Source: Mycobacterium sp. (GTDB lineage Bacteria > Actinomycetota > Actinomycetes > Mycobacteriales > Mycobacteriaceae). From it: a stretch of 64,000 nucleotides of DNA. Every line of letters begins with the position of its first letter. Positions within the stretch are counted from its first letter, which is position 1. Positions 44,220-53,558 of the stretch are shown here, one piece after another. The notes beneath the pieces were generated by a model. That model saw only the letters and a program-made list of their open reading frames with translations, did not search any database and was not told the DNA's origin. Location of the stretch: positions 28,250 to 92,249 of the forward strand of contig JAFAID010000253.1 of NCBI GenBank assembly GCA_019236925.1. The letters are read 5' to 3'. The position numbers and the translations under genes were made by a program.

Positions 44220-44575
44220 GCGGTCAGGTACACCTCGCCGTCGCTGACGTCAACCTCGTAGGTGCGGATGCGCCGCCGCGGATCGGCAACGTTGCAGCCC
44301 GTCGTGATGTCGAATTCCCAGTTGTGCCAAGGGCACCGAACGATCTGCCCGTTACGGGTACGTCGCATCCCGTCCGCCGCGCCCGGGTCGGCTTCGTTGG
44401 TTCCGCCGATGTAGCCCAGGCACAGCGGCGCGCCCTCGTGGGAGCAGTAGTTGACGATCGCGTGCAAAGACCCCTGCACGTTGTAGACACCCACGCCGAA
44501 CTTCCCGACATCGACCAGCTTCATCGCGCCCGGCGGCAATTCATCGAGGGAACAGACCAATCGGCGTTTCAACAC
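44216..44575 (-). CDS. Rieske [2Fe-2S] ferredoxin
   Basis: CSHEGAPLC..CPWHNWEFD; GTG start after GGGAGG. Confidence 0.92.
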   Translation of the reverse strand: MLKRRLVCSLDELPPGAMKLVDVGKFGVGVYNVQGSLHAIVNYCSHEGAPLCLGYIGGTNEADPGAADGMRRTRNGQIVRCPWHNWEFDITTGCNVADPRRRIRTYEVDVSDGEVYLTA

Positions 44576-44613
44576 GGCCGGATCACCGCCTCCCTCACGA
44601 TTGTGCAGGTCAA

Positions 44614-44632
44614 TACTGTCCCCGTTACGGTA
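44614..44632. promoter_or_regulatory. TAC-N13-GTA operator-like motif
   Basis: Minus strand reads TACcGTAAcggggacaGTA; divergent Rieske/P450 promoter. Confidence 0.55.
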
Positions 44633-44719
44633 AACACCACAACCCATTGGGCTTCGTTGCTATTTATGCAATGATAGCGACGATCCGGATGAGCGCCCAG
44701 TCACCAACTAGGAGCGGCA

Positions 44720-45943
44720 ATGACGCTGCGCACCGATCCTGACGAGCCCGTCACCCTCGACCCCACCGGCGAAACCAGCCCGTACATCTTCTTCGAATAC
44801 ATGCGGCGCACCGATCCGGTGTGGCATGGCGCAATCATGGATCACGACCAGATGCCGGAAGAACTGCGGCCGCGCGACGAGTGGGTGTTGTTCCGATACA
44901 ACGACGTGTTCCGCGCGTTCCGCGACGACCGCGTCTTCACGTCCGCCGAATACGACAAATCGATCGGTTTGGTCATGGGCCACACCATCCTGGCGATGGG
45001 CGGCAAGGAGCATCACGACCACCGCAGCCTGGTGGCCAAGGCCTTCAGGGCGACCGCGCTGGAACGCTGGGAGCCATCGGTGATCGGCCCGGTCTGTGAC
45101 CAGTTGGTCGACGAAATCAAGGACGAGGGCCACGCCGACCTCGTCAAAGCGCTGACGTTCGAGTTTCCCACCCGGATCATCTCCGAACTGCTAGGGCTGC
45201 CCCGCGAGGATCTGGATATGTTCCGGCGGCTGTCGCTGGACCTCATCTCGATCCCGACCGACATCATGGCGGGGTTGACCGCGGCGAACGAGTTGCACGG
45301 CTACTTCCTCAACCAGGTCGAGCAGCGGCGCCGCAAACTCACCAATGACATCATCGGCGATCTCGTTGCCGCCGAGATCGACGGCGAGAAGCTGACCGAC
45401 GAGGCCATCATCGCCTTCTTGCGCCTGCTGCTGCCGGCGGGCCTGGAGACCACGTACCGGTCCTCCGGCAATCTGCTGTTCCTGCTGCTGACCCACCCCG
45501 AGCAGTTGGCGATGGTCCAGCACGACCGCTCGCTGATACCGACCGCGATCGAGGAGGGGCTGCGGGTGGAGACCCCGCTGACCATGGTCATGCGAACCAC
45601 CACCGAAGACGTCGAAATGGGCGGCAAGACAATCCCGGCCGGCGCGCAGGTCGACATCTGCATGGGCTCGGCCAACCGCGACGAAAGCCGCTGGCCCGAC
45701 GCCGACACGTTCGACATCCACCGGGCGCGGCACGCCCACATCGCCTTCGCCGGCGGAATCCACATGTGCCTGGGCATGCACCTGGCCCGGCTGGAGACCC
45801 GGGTGATGCTGAACAGCCTGCTGGACCGCGTCAAGGACCTGGCGTTCGTTGCCGACGACGGCACGGGCGCGGAGTCCAAGATCGTCGGACACACCTTCCG
45901 GTCGCCCAACAAGCTTCCGGTCACCTTCACCCCGGTGGCATGA
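44720..45943 (+). CDS. Cytochrome P450
   Basis: AGLETT, EEGLR, FAGGIHMCLG. Confidence 0.96.
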   Translation: MTLRTDPDEPVTLDPTGETSPYIFFEYMRRTDPVWHGAIMDHDQMPEELRPRDEWVLFRYNDVFRAFRDDRVFTSAEYDKSIGLVMGHTILAMGGKEHHDHRSLVAKAFRATALERWEPSVIGPVCDQLVDEIKDEGHADLVKALTFEFPTRIISELLGLPREDLDMFRRLSLDLISIPTDIMAGLTAANELHGYFLNQVEQRRRKLTNDIIGDLVAAEIDGEKLTDEAIIAFLRLLLPAGLETTYRSSGNLLFLLLTHPEQLAMVQHDRSLIPTAIEEGLRVETPLTMVMRTTTEDVEMGGKTIPAGAQVDICMGSANRDESRWPDADTFDIHRARHAHIAFAGGIHMCLGMHLARLETRVMLNSLLDRVKDLAFVADDGTGAESKIVGHTFRSPNKLPVTFTPVA

Positions 45944-47097
45944 AAAGCCGGGCGGCGATTCTGCATGACGTCGGCGGCCCCTGGTCCGTTGAGGAATTCG
46001 AGCTAGACGCCCCTCGCGCCGGCGAGGTTCTGGTGCAGATGGCCGCCGCCGGGCTGTGCCACTCCGATGACCACATCCTCAAGGGCGACATGGCAGCCCC
46101 CAACGAAGTTCTCCGGGCGATGGGGCTGCCCACCATGTTTCCGACCATCGGCGGCCACGAGGGTTCCGGCATCGTGCGCGAAGTCGGTGACGGCGTCGCC
46201 GATTTCGAGCCCGGCGACCACGTGGTGATGTCGTTCGTCGCTGTCTGCGGCCAATGTCGCTGGTGCGCAACAGGTATGGAGTACCTGTGCGATGCCGGTA
46301 TCGGCACCCTGACGCCGGGAATGCCCACCGATGGCACATTTCGCCACCACCTCGCCGACGGCAAACCGTTGGGGCATATCTCCAAGGTCGGTGCCTTCGC
46401 CGAACATACTGTGGTAGCGACAAATTCACTCGTGAAGGTCGAGCCGGATCTTCCGTTGCTGCCGAGCGCGCTGCTCTCGTGCGCCATCCCTACCGGATAC
46501 GGCTCGGCCGCGAATCGGGCCGGGGTGCGCGGCGGCGACACCGTTGTCGTCATCGGTGCCGGCGGCATCGGTACCGCCGCCATCCAAGGCGCCCGCATCA
46601 ATGGCGCCGCGCAAATCGTGGCCGTCGACCCGGTCGAATTCAAACAGAAATCGGCGCTGCGGTTCGGCGCCACCCACAGCTGCGCGAACGTCGACGAAGC
46701 GCTGGACCTGGTCACTGGTCTGACCTACGGCGTGATGGCCGACGGCGTCGTCGTTTCGCCTTCGCTGATCGGTGCCGACGACGTCCGCAGTGCGTTACGG
46801 CTGACCCGCAAGGGCGGGACCTGCGTGCTCACCGGGATGACCGCGCAGACCACTCGCGGGATCAAGTTCGACCTGCAGGACTTCATCCTGATGAACAAAA
46901 ACCTGGCCGGCACCGTCTTCGGCTCCTGTAATCCCAAGGCCGACATCTACAAGCTCGCCAGGCTCTATCAGAGCGGCCAGCTGCTGCTCGACGAGATGAT
47001 CACCAAACGCTATCGGCTCGACGACATCAACGAAGCCTACGAAGATCTGCTCAACGGTGAAATCGTCCGTGGCGTCATCGATTTCGGGATTGCTTGA
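45940..47097 (+). CDS. Zn-dependent (NDMA-dependent, mycofactocin-associated type) alcohol dehydrogenase
   Basis: GLCHSDDH, GGHEG, CGQCRWC..C, TGYGSA, GAGGIG. Confidence 0.9.
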   Translation: MKSRAAILHDVGGPWSVEEFELDAPRAGEVLVQMAAAGLCHSDDHILKGDMAAPNEVLRAMGLPTMFPTIGGHEGSGIVREVGDGVADFEPGDHVVMSFVAVCGQCRWCATGMEYLCDAGIGTLTPGMPTDGTFRHHLADGKPLGHISKVGAFAEHTVVATNSLVKVEPDLPLLPSALLSCAIPTGYGSAANRAGVRGGDTVVVIGAGGIGTAAIQGARINGAAQIVAVDPVEFKQKSALRFGATHSCANVDEALDLVTGLTYGVMADGVVVSPSLIGADDVRSALRLTRKGGTCVLTGMTAQTTRGIKFDLQDFILMNKNLAGTVFGSCNPKADIYKLARLYQSGQLLLDEMITKRYRLDDINEAYEDLLNGEIVRGVIDFGIA

Positions 47098-47809
47098 CTT
47101 TCTGCATCTGACCATACGAATCGATCGGGCTGTGCAGACCCAGCCCGCCGTCCGCGTGCACGACCTGGCCTGTCACCCAGGGTAATTCGAGGACGCCGAC
47201 GATGACACCGGCTACGTCGGCGGCTTCCCCGAGACGTCCCAGTGCGGTGCGCTCACACAGGCCCTCTACCCAGCCAGGTAGTTGCTCCGGTTCGCCCAGC
47301 ATCGGTGTCCGGGTAACGCCGGGACCGACGGCGTTCACCCGAATGCCGTAACCGCCCCACTCCACGGCCGCGACCTTGACCAGCATGTTCAACCCGGCTT
47401 TGGAAACGCAGTACGCGCCCATGTCGCGGTCGGCGACGGTTCCGCTGATGCTGGAGACGACAACGATCGATCCGCCGGCTTCGGCATCGATCATCGCCTG
47501 AGCGGCGGCCCGGATGGTCAGCCAGGTGCCCGTGAGGTTTACCGCCAGCACCCGCTGCCATTGCTCAACCGACTCCGCCAGCAACGTGCCGGACGCGCCG
47601 ATGCCCGCGCAGGCCACCACCCGCGTGGGTACACCGTGCTCGCGCACGGTTTGGCTCATCGCCGTAGCCACCGCCTTCGGATCGCTGATGTCGCAATCGA
47701 TGTCGCCGCCGGCCTGGTCCCACACCACGACGTCGTGGCCGGCGTCCCGCAGGAGGCCGGCGACCTCCCGCCCGATACCCGACGCACCGCCGGTCACCAG
47801 AGCGCTCAC
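47075..47809 (-). CDS. Short-chain dehydrogenase/reductase
   Basis: TGGASGIG, YCVSK, IRVNAVGPG. Confidence 0.92.
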   Translation of the reverse strand: MSALVTGGASGIGREVAGLLRDAGHDVVVWDQAGGDIDCDISDPKAVATAMSQTVREHGVPTRVVACAGIGASGTLLAESVEQWQRVLAVNLTGTWLTIRAAAQAMIDAEAGGSIVVVSSISGTVADRDMGAYCVSKAGLNMLVKVAAVEWGGYGIRVNAVGPGVTRTPMLGEPEQLPGWVEGLCERTALGRLGEAADVAGVIVGVLELPWVTGQVVHADGGLGLHSPIDSYGQMQKVKQSRNR

Positions 47810-48246
47810 TGCGGAGGCCCGATCAACTCGACCAGCACGCCGTCAGGTGCGGTGATGACCGCCATCGGGACCGTCGCGCCGGCCGGTGCGGGCACACTGA
47901 TGCGACGCACGCCGTCGGTGAAACCCAAGGCGGCTAAGGCGGACAGCGTCGCATCGACGTCACGCTGCAGGGACAGCAAGAAGAACCCGTGCCGGGGGCC
48001 AGGGGCCGGAGGCAGCGCGTCGTCGGCTCCGTCGAAGACCACGAGTTCGACGATGCCGGTGTCGGGGTCCTGCGGATCACCAAGGAATATCGACCGCAGC
48101 TGATCGCAGCGCGCCCCGAAGAGCTCCGGCCAGTTACCGCGGAAGGTGTGATCGAACAGCTCGGTGAATCCCAGCCCGTCGCGCCAGAACCTCATCGACC
48201 GCTCGACATCGGCGGTGCAGATCGCCGCATGATGAACACCCAACAC
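47806..48246 (-). CDS. VOC/glyoxalase family protein
   Basis: HHAAICTADVERSMRFWRDGLG..PDGVLVEL. Confidence 0.88.
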   Translation of the reverse strand: MLGVHHAAICTADVERSMRFWRDGLGFTELFDHTFRGNWPELFGARCDQLRSIFLGDPQDPDTGIVELVVFDGADDALPPAPGPRHGFFLLSLQRDVDATLSALAALGFTDGVRRISVPAPAGATVPMAVITAPDGVLVELIGPPQ

Positions 48247-48338
48247 AGGCCTGCTCCCGCATCCTCAGCACGCAAAAGTCACGATGCCGCGAGTTTAGGA
48301 GTGGAGCTGGCCCGCAGGCGCGGATTCGCGTCTCTAGG

Positions 48339-48827
48339 TCAGGGCGCCAGCTGGAATTGGAAGTTCACAGTGCTTGACATCCCGGATGGATTGCCGCAGG
48401 CGGGCGCAATACTGGTTTCTTGGATCGTGCCCGTGAGGGTGTTCGGGTCCAACGTGCGGTGGGCAGCAATGGCGTTGGGAACCTTGGTACCGTCCGGACA
48501 TTCTGCCTCATCGGTGGTGTCCATCACCCATTGGCCGTTCACCAAATTGTACTGCCCCACCGGCGGTCCACCGGGGGAGTGAGCTGCTGAGACGCATCCG
48601 TCACCGCAGGGAGTGAAGTACCAGTCGTTGGTGACCGGATGACCCTCGACGGTCTTCGGCTGACCGGTTTTTGGGTCTATCTGAGTCGAGATGTAGTGGC
48701 CGTTCGTCTGGAAGTCGGCGGGAAATGGTGCAGGCCCAGCGGGTCCCCACGCGCCCGCGGGAGCGGCTAGTCCGAGAGCGAGTCCGCCGAGAAAGGCGGT
48801 GGCGGTGATACACCGTGCGACAGCCAT
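48339..48827 (-). CDS. Secreted mycobacterial hypothetical protein
   Basis: Signal peptide ..LAAPAGA; WYFTPCGDGC, CPDG; RBS AGGAGG. Confidence 0.75.
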   Translation of the reverse strand: MAVARCITATAFLGGLALGLAAPAGAWGPAGPAPFPADFQTNGHYISTQIDPKTGQPKTVEGHPVTNDWYFTPCGDGCVSAAHSPGGPPVGQYNLVNGQWVMDTTDEAECPDGTKVPNAIAAHRTLDPNTLTGTIQETSIAPACGNPSGMSSTVNFQFQLAP

Positions 48828-48995
48828 GACGTTATTTCCTCCTACGAAGCCGTTAAGGGTATCCACTACCGGTGGTCTATCACGGTAGATCCTCAGATTG
48901 GTAGTTATTTGGCATTTCCGCCTGACCGTGTTTCCTAATCAAGGGCCTGTGTTTGCCTGTTGTTAACCAGAGCAATCCCAGCGGCGGCGGACCGC

Positions 48996-50231
48996 TCAGT
49001 GGAGTTGATACCGAACCGGGAGGTGTTTGAGGCCGCCGACGAAGGTGGTGGCGACGAACTGCGGAGCCCCGGTCAACTCAATGGATTTCACCCGCGGCAA
49101 CAGCTCGGTGAAGAAGCTGTTGACCTCCATGCGGGCCAGCGCCGCCCCCAGGCAGAAGTGCACGCCGTACCCGAATGCCAAGTGTTTATTGGGATCGCGG
49201 CCAACGTCGAAGCGGAACGGATCGACGAAGACGTCTTCGTCCCGATTGCCCGACACGTACGACAACAGCACCGACTCCCCCGCCGCGATCGGGACTCCGC
49301 GCACCGTGGTGTCTTCGCCGGCGGTGCGCATGAATTCCTTGACCGGGGTGACCCACCGGATCATCTCCTCGGTGGCCAGCGGCATCAGGTCGAGATTGCC
49401 GCGCAGCCGCTGAAGTTGGTCCGGGTTCTCGATCAGAGCATGCAGGCCCCCGGAGATGGTTGCGCTGGTGGTGTCGTGGCCGGCGGTGGCGACGATGAGG
49501 TAATAGGACACCGTGTCGATGTCGGACAGCGGCTCACCATCGATACGGGCGTTGGCAATGGCGGATGCGAGGTCCTCGGTCGGGTGTTCGCGACGCGCCG
49601 CGGTCACGCCGTTGAAATACTGGAACATGTCGAGCAATGCGGGCAGCTGATCCTCGTTGCTGCTGCCGCGCCTGAACTCGCTGTCATCGCTGCCGAACAG
49701 CTCCTGGGTCAGCTTGAGCATTCGCGGGAAGTCCGACTCGGGGATTCCCAACAGCGACATGATCACGTAAAGCGGGTAATTGACCGCGACCTCCTGGACG
49801 AAATCGCATTCGGGGCCCACCGCCATCATTTTGTCGACGTAATTCTTGGCGAGCTCGTCGACGCGGATCTTCAACGCCCGCATCGCCTTTGGACGAAACC
49901 AGTCCGCGCCGATAGCCCGCACCACCCGATGTTGCGGATCGTCCAGGTGGATCAGCGTGCGAACGCCCGCGGCGGCTTGCAGCTCGTCGCCCTCCGTTGT
50001 GGTCAGGACCGGGCGCGGCCAGTTGGTGAACAGTATGTTGTCGCGTTCGATGTCCATGATGTCGGCGTGCTTGGTAACCGCCCAGAACGGCCGATAATTC
50101 GGCACCTCAACCCAGGACACCGGCGCCTTGGCACGCAAATGAGTAAGCGCCGCATGCAACTTCGACTCATCGGCATACGCCAGCGGATCGGCGAGGACCT
50201 TGGCGGCTTCATCCATCGTCGGCGCACTCAT
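48996..50231 (-). CDS. Cytochrome P450 (CYP108-like)
   Basis: ATAGHDTT, EEMIRW, FGYGVHFCLG. Confidence 0.95.
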   Translation of the reverse strand: MSAPTMDEAAKVLADPLAYADESKLHAALTHLRAKAPVSWVEVPNYRPFWAVTKHADIMDIERDNILFTNWPRPVLTTTEGDELQAAAGVRTLIHLDDPQHRVVRAIGADWFRPKAMRALKIRVDELAKNYVDKMMAVGPECDFVQEVAVNYPLYVIMSLLGIPESDFPRMLKLTQELFGSDDSEFRRGSSNEDQLPALLDMFQYFNGVTAARREHPTEDLASAIANARIDGEPLSDIDTVSYYLIVATAGHDTTSATISGGLHALIENPDQLQRLRGNLDLMPLATEEMIRWVTPVKEFMRTAGEDTTVRGVPIAAGESVLLSYVSGNRDEDVFVDPFRFDVGRDPNKHLAFGYGVHFCLGAALARMEVNSFFTELLPRVKSIELTGAPQFVATTFVGGLKHLPVRYQLH

Positions 50232-50241
50232 GGGCAGCTCC

Positions 50242-51273
50242 TCACTGGCGCAACTCTTTCAGTACGGCGGTGACAGTGGCCTCGGAAACGCTGTGGGGAA
50301 ACGACGGCATCACCCGGTCGATGACGCCGTCGCACCGGTTTTGAATTGCCGCTGAGAGTTTGTCGTACGTCGCGACTACCGCGAAGGCGTCCAGGATCTC
50401 GTCATCGATGAGCCCGGCCATGGCATCCCATTCCCCCTGCCGCGAAAGTCGATGCAACTCGGTCGCCACATCGCCCCAACCGTGCAGCTCGAGGACCTTG
50501 CGGTAGGCGGGCGTTGATCCGTAGAAAGCAATCTGCTTGCGCACGCCGGCCGCACCGTGTGTCAACTCGGTGTCGTCACTGCCGGTCACCACGAACACCG
50601 GGCACGCCACCTGGAATGCGTGCCGATCACGGCCAGCGCGCTGCAGACCACGCTGCACCGCGGGGATCGTCACCTCGTGCAAATAGCGCCTCGTTGTAAA
50701 CGCATGGGCGAGTAGGCCGTCGGCGACCTCGCCGCACATTTCGGTCATCGATTCGCCGACGGCGGCAATGAACACCTTGGGCGCCGAAAACGGTTGCGGC
50801 TCAGGCGTAAACATCGGCGTCATGAGCTTGTGCGTGTAGAACTCACCTTCGAACCGCAGCCTGGTTCCATCCTTCCAGGCCGACCAGATCGCGTGCAGCG
50901 CCTGCACGAATTCGCGCATCCGCGCCACCGGATGACTCCAGGGCATACTGAATCGCTTTTCGATGTGCGGCTTGATCTGGGTACCCAGGCCAAGAATGAA
51001 CCGGCCCTGCGAGTAGGTCTGCAGATCCCAGCTGAGGTTGGCGACGATCATGGGGTTACGCGCGAACGCCACCGCGATGCTGGTGCCCAGTTCGAGTCGC
51101 GTGGTGTGTTCGGCGGCCAGCAGCAGCGGCAGAAACGGATCGTGATTGATTTCGCCGGTCCAGCAGGCGTCGTAGCCCTGTTTCTCGAGGGCACCGGCCA
51201 GCCCCGGTACCTGGGCGAGGTCGGTGAAGATGCCTCCGTCGACCTTGAGGCCGGACGCAACCGTGTCGGTCAT
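50242..51273 (-). CDS. F420-dependent LLM-class oxidoreductase
   Basis: EINHDPF, IAVAFARNPM, GLGTQIKPHIEKRFS, QIAFYGSTPAY. Confidence 0.9.
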   Translation of the reverse strand: MTDTVASGLKVDGGIFTDLAQVPGLAGALEKQGYDACWTGEINHDPFLPLLLAAEHTTRLELGTSIAVAFARNPMIVANLSWDLQTYSQGRFILGLGTQIKPHIEKRFSMPWSHPVARMREFVQALHAIWSAWKDGTRLRFEGEFYTHKLMTPMFTPEPQPFSAPKVFIAAVGESMTEMCGEVADGLLAHAFTTRRYLHEVTIPAVQRGLQRAGRDRHAFQVACPVFVVTGSDDTELTHGAAGVRKQIAFYGSTPAYRKVLELHGWGDVATELHRLSRQGEWDAMAGLIDDEILDAFAVVATYDKLSAAIQNRCDGVIDRVMPSFPHSVSEATVTAVLKELRQ

Positions 51274-51319
51274 CCGCGCGCGCTCCGCCGCAGCTGGGAG
51301 CACTCCGACCTCATACTCG

Positions 51320-51346
51320 AGACGCTACAGTAAGCAATTCGGTAGG
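51320..51346. promoter_or_regulatory. 27-bp promoter/operator repeat, copy 1 (contains TAC-N13-GTA)
   Basis: AGACGCTACAGTAAGCAATTCGGTAGG; 25/27 identical to 51898-51924. Confidence 0.7.
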
Positions 51347-51391
51347 GTCAATGTCGGCACTGGCGTCGCGGCAAAAGCCCTGCGCCATCGG

Positions 51392-51844
51392 CTACTTCAT
51401 CACCAGACGGGCGTTGTCCCATGTCACCATCCGGTCATCCGGCACGAAGCGCAGAAACGCCTGCTTGGCGTAGTAGGCCTGAGCCGCCGCGGGCAACCTG
51501 CCGGCAGGCGGGCGAAACGCGGCGTACTTGGCGTTGACCGCAGCCTCGATCCTGGACATCGCCGTGGCGTCCTCGACGACCTCGACACGGCCGGTGAGAT
51601 GGACACCGCGCAGGTCGACGTACTGCTCACCCGACTCGACCAGGAACGACGCCCGCGGATCATGCCGGACGCGTGCGAGCTTCTTGGTACCCGCAGGTGT
51701 CATCACTACGACCGTGTGGTCCTCGACCGCGAACCAGACCGGCAGCGCAATCGGCATGCCGTCGCGGCGAAGAGTTGTCAGAATTCCGGTATGCGCCGAT
51801 TCGACGGCTTCCCACGCCTCGTCCACCGTCAACCGGATGCCCAT
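51392..51844 (-). CDS. PNPOx-like (split-barrel flavin/F420-binding) protein
   Basis: TGILTTLRRDGMP..PVWF..KKLARVRHDPRASFLVESG. Confidence 0.88.
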   Translation of the reverse strand: MGIRLTVDEAWEAVESAHTGILTTLRRDGMPIALPVWFAVEDHTVVVMTPAGTKKLARVRHDPRASFLVESGEQYVDLRGVHLTGRVEVVEDATAMSRIEAAVNAKYAAFRPPAGRLPAAAQAYYAKQAFLRFVPDDRMVTWDNARLVMK

Positions 51845-51897
51845 CGCTCCGCTCCCTGTCCATGTCGTCGGGCGGCCGCTGGCCGTGTACCTCTCGC

Positions 51898-51924
51898 AGA
51901 CGCTACAGTAAGCACTTCAGTAGG
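51898..51924. promoter_or_regulatory. 27-bp promoter/operator repeat, copy 2 (contains TAC-N13-GTA)
   Basis: AGACGCTACAGTAAGCACTTCAGTAGG. Confidence 0.7.
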
Positions 51925-51951
51925 TAACCGCCGACGATTAAGGACGTCCCA

Positions 51952-53448
51952 ATGACGAAGCCCCCCGACTGGCAGGAGACGCTCGACGACCTCGACCGTC
52001 GCCGTCAGCGCACGCGGGCGATGGGCGGTTCGGAGCGGCTGGCCAAACACCGCGACAAGGGCAGGCTCGACGCCCGTGCGCGCATCGACCACCTCCTCGA
52101 CCCGGGGACGTTCCGCGAACTCGGCACCCTCGTCGGCGGCGAGGTCGCCGCCGACGGGATCATCGTCGGGTCCGGGTTGATCAACGGCTCGCCGGTGATG
52201 CTTGGCGCCGAGGACTTCACCACGCTGGCCGGCAGCATCGGCCCCGGAGGCAACTCGAAACGTTATCGGATCGCGGAATTGGCGCTACGCGACAAAATTC
52301 CGCTGGTGATGCTGCTCGAAGGCGCCGGCTTTCGTCCGACCGGTGGGCACTATGGGCGCAGCCCAACCGATTTGCTCGCACAGGCGCAGTGCTCTGGGCG
52401 GGTCCCGACCGTCGCCGCCGTGCTCGGCCCGTCGGCCGGACATGGCGCATTGGTGGCCCCGGTATGTGACTTCCGCATCATGAGCAGGCAAGGCGCCATC
52501 TTCACCGCGGGGCCTCCCGTCGTCAAAGAGTCCACCGGAGAAGACATCTCGAAAGAGGACCTCGGCGGACCGGACGTGGCATTGCCCAGCGGCGTAATCC
52601 ACAACGTCGCCGAGGACGACGAGGCGGTGCTCGACGACGTCCGCCGCTACCTGTCGTATTTCCCGCCGAGCGCGTGGTCCTACCCGTCGTCGCTGCCCGC
52701 CCAGGCGACGACCGAACCGCGGCAGACACCGGAGTTGCTCGACATCGTCTCCCGCGACAACCGCCGCGTCTATGACGTGCGCGCCGTGCTCGACGTGGTC
52801 TTCGACCGGCCGGACTGGTTCGAGGTGCAGCCGCAGTTCGGCAGGGCGATCATCTGCGCGCTGGCCCATCTCGGCGGCCATCCCGTCGCCGTGGTGGCCA
52901 ACCAGCCGCAGGTGCTGGCCGGGTCCATCGACGCCGACGCGGCAGACAAGGCGGCGCACTTCATCACGGTGGCGGATTCGTTCCACCTGCCGATCGTGTT
53001 CCTTGCCGACAACCCGGGCATGCTGCCCGGCAGCCGATCCGAGCGCAGCGGCGTGCTGCGGGCCGGAGCGCGAATGTTCGCCGCTCAGACCGCGGCCACC
53101 ACCTTGAAGCTGCACCTCACGCTGCGCAAGGCCTACGGGTTCGGCTCAATGGTCATGTCGCTGCTGAGTTTTGACGACCAGGTCGCGACCTTCGCCTACC
53201 CGGGCGCGACGATGGGCGCGATGAGCGCGGCGGCGCTGAGCAAAGCATCACACGCCGGCGAGGACCTCACGGCCAAGCTGCGCGACGCGGAGTTGCAGGC
53301 GTCCTACCGGTCGGCCGAGCGGATGGGTTTCGACGAGCTCATCGATCCCCGCGAGACCCGCGATGCGCTGCTGGCTTCGCTGCAGCGGGGGCTGTCGAGC
53401 CGCCAGGCCGCGGCCGAGCCGGTGAGCCGGACCGTCATCATGCCCTGA
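51952..53448 (+). CDS. Acyl-CoA carboxylase carboxyltransferase (AccD-like)
   Basis: MGGSERLAKH..GRLDARARI..LLDPGTF, DFTTLAGS, DNPGMLPG, RKAYG. Confidence 0.92.
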   Translation: MTKPPDWQETLDDLDRRRQRTRAMGGSERLAKHRDKGRLDARARIDHLLDPGTFRELGTLVGGEVAADGIIVGSGLINGSPVMLGAEDFTTLAGSIGPGGNSKRYRIAELALRDKIPLVMLLEGAGFRPTGGHYGRSPTDLLAQAQCSGRVPTVAAVLGPSAGHGALVAPVCDFRIMSRQGAIFTAGPPVVKESTGEDISKEDLGGPDVALPSGVIHNVAEDDEAVLDDVRRYLSYFPPSAWSYPSSLPAQATTEPRQTPELLDIVSRDNRRVYDVRAVLDVVFDRPDWFEVQPQFGRAIICALAHLGGHPVAVVANQPQVLAGSIDADAADKAAHFITVADSFHLPIVFLADNPGMLPGSRSERSGVLRAGARMFAAQTAATTLKLHLTLRKAYGFGSMVMSLLSFDDQVATFAYPGATMGAMSAAALSKASHAGEDLTAKLRDAELQASYRSAERMGFDELIDPRETRDALLASLQRGLSSRQAAAEPVSRTVIMP

Positions 53449-53454
53449 GGTCTC

Positions 53455-53515
53455 CGCGAGAGTGCAACTGCCGACGGCGCCTCTCGGGAAACACGTCGCC
53501 AGAAGCACTCTCGCG
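53455..53515. repeat. REP-like hairpin between convergent genes
   Basis: Perfect 11-bp arms CGCGAGAGTGC / GCACTCTCGCG. Confidence 0.75.
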
Positions 53516-53558
53516 ATCAGACACAAAAGCACCCATTTGGGTGCGCCCATGACTCGGG

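Noticed and set aside
48866-48888. CTACCG-N11-CGGTAG as a member of the cluster motif
   Set aside because: TAC-GTA spacing is 15 rather than 13 and the TACnGTAA half-site is missing; may be a separate site or chance
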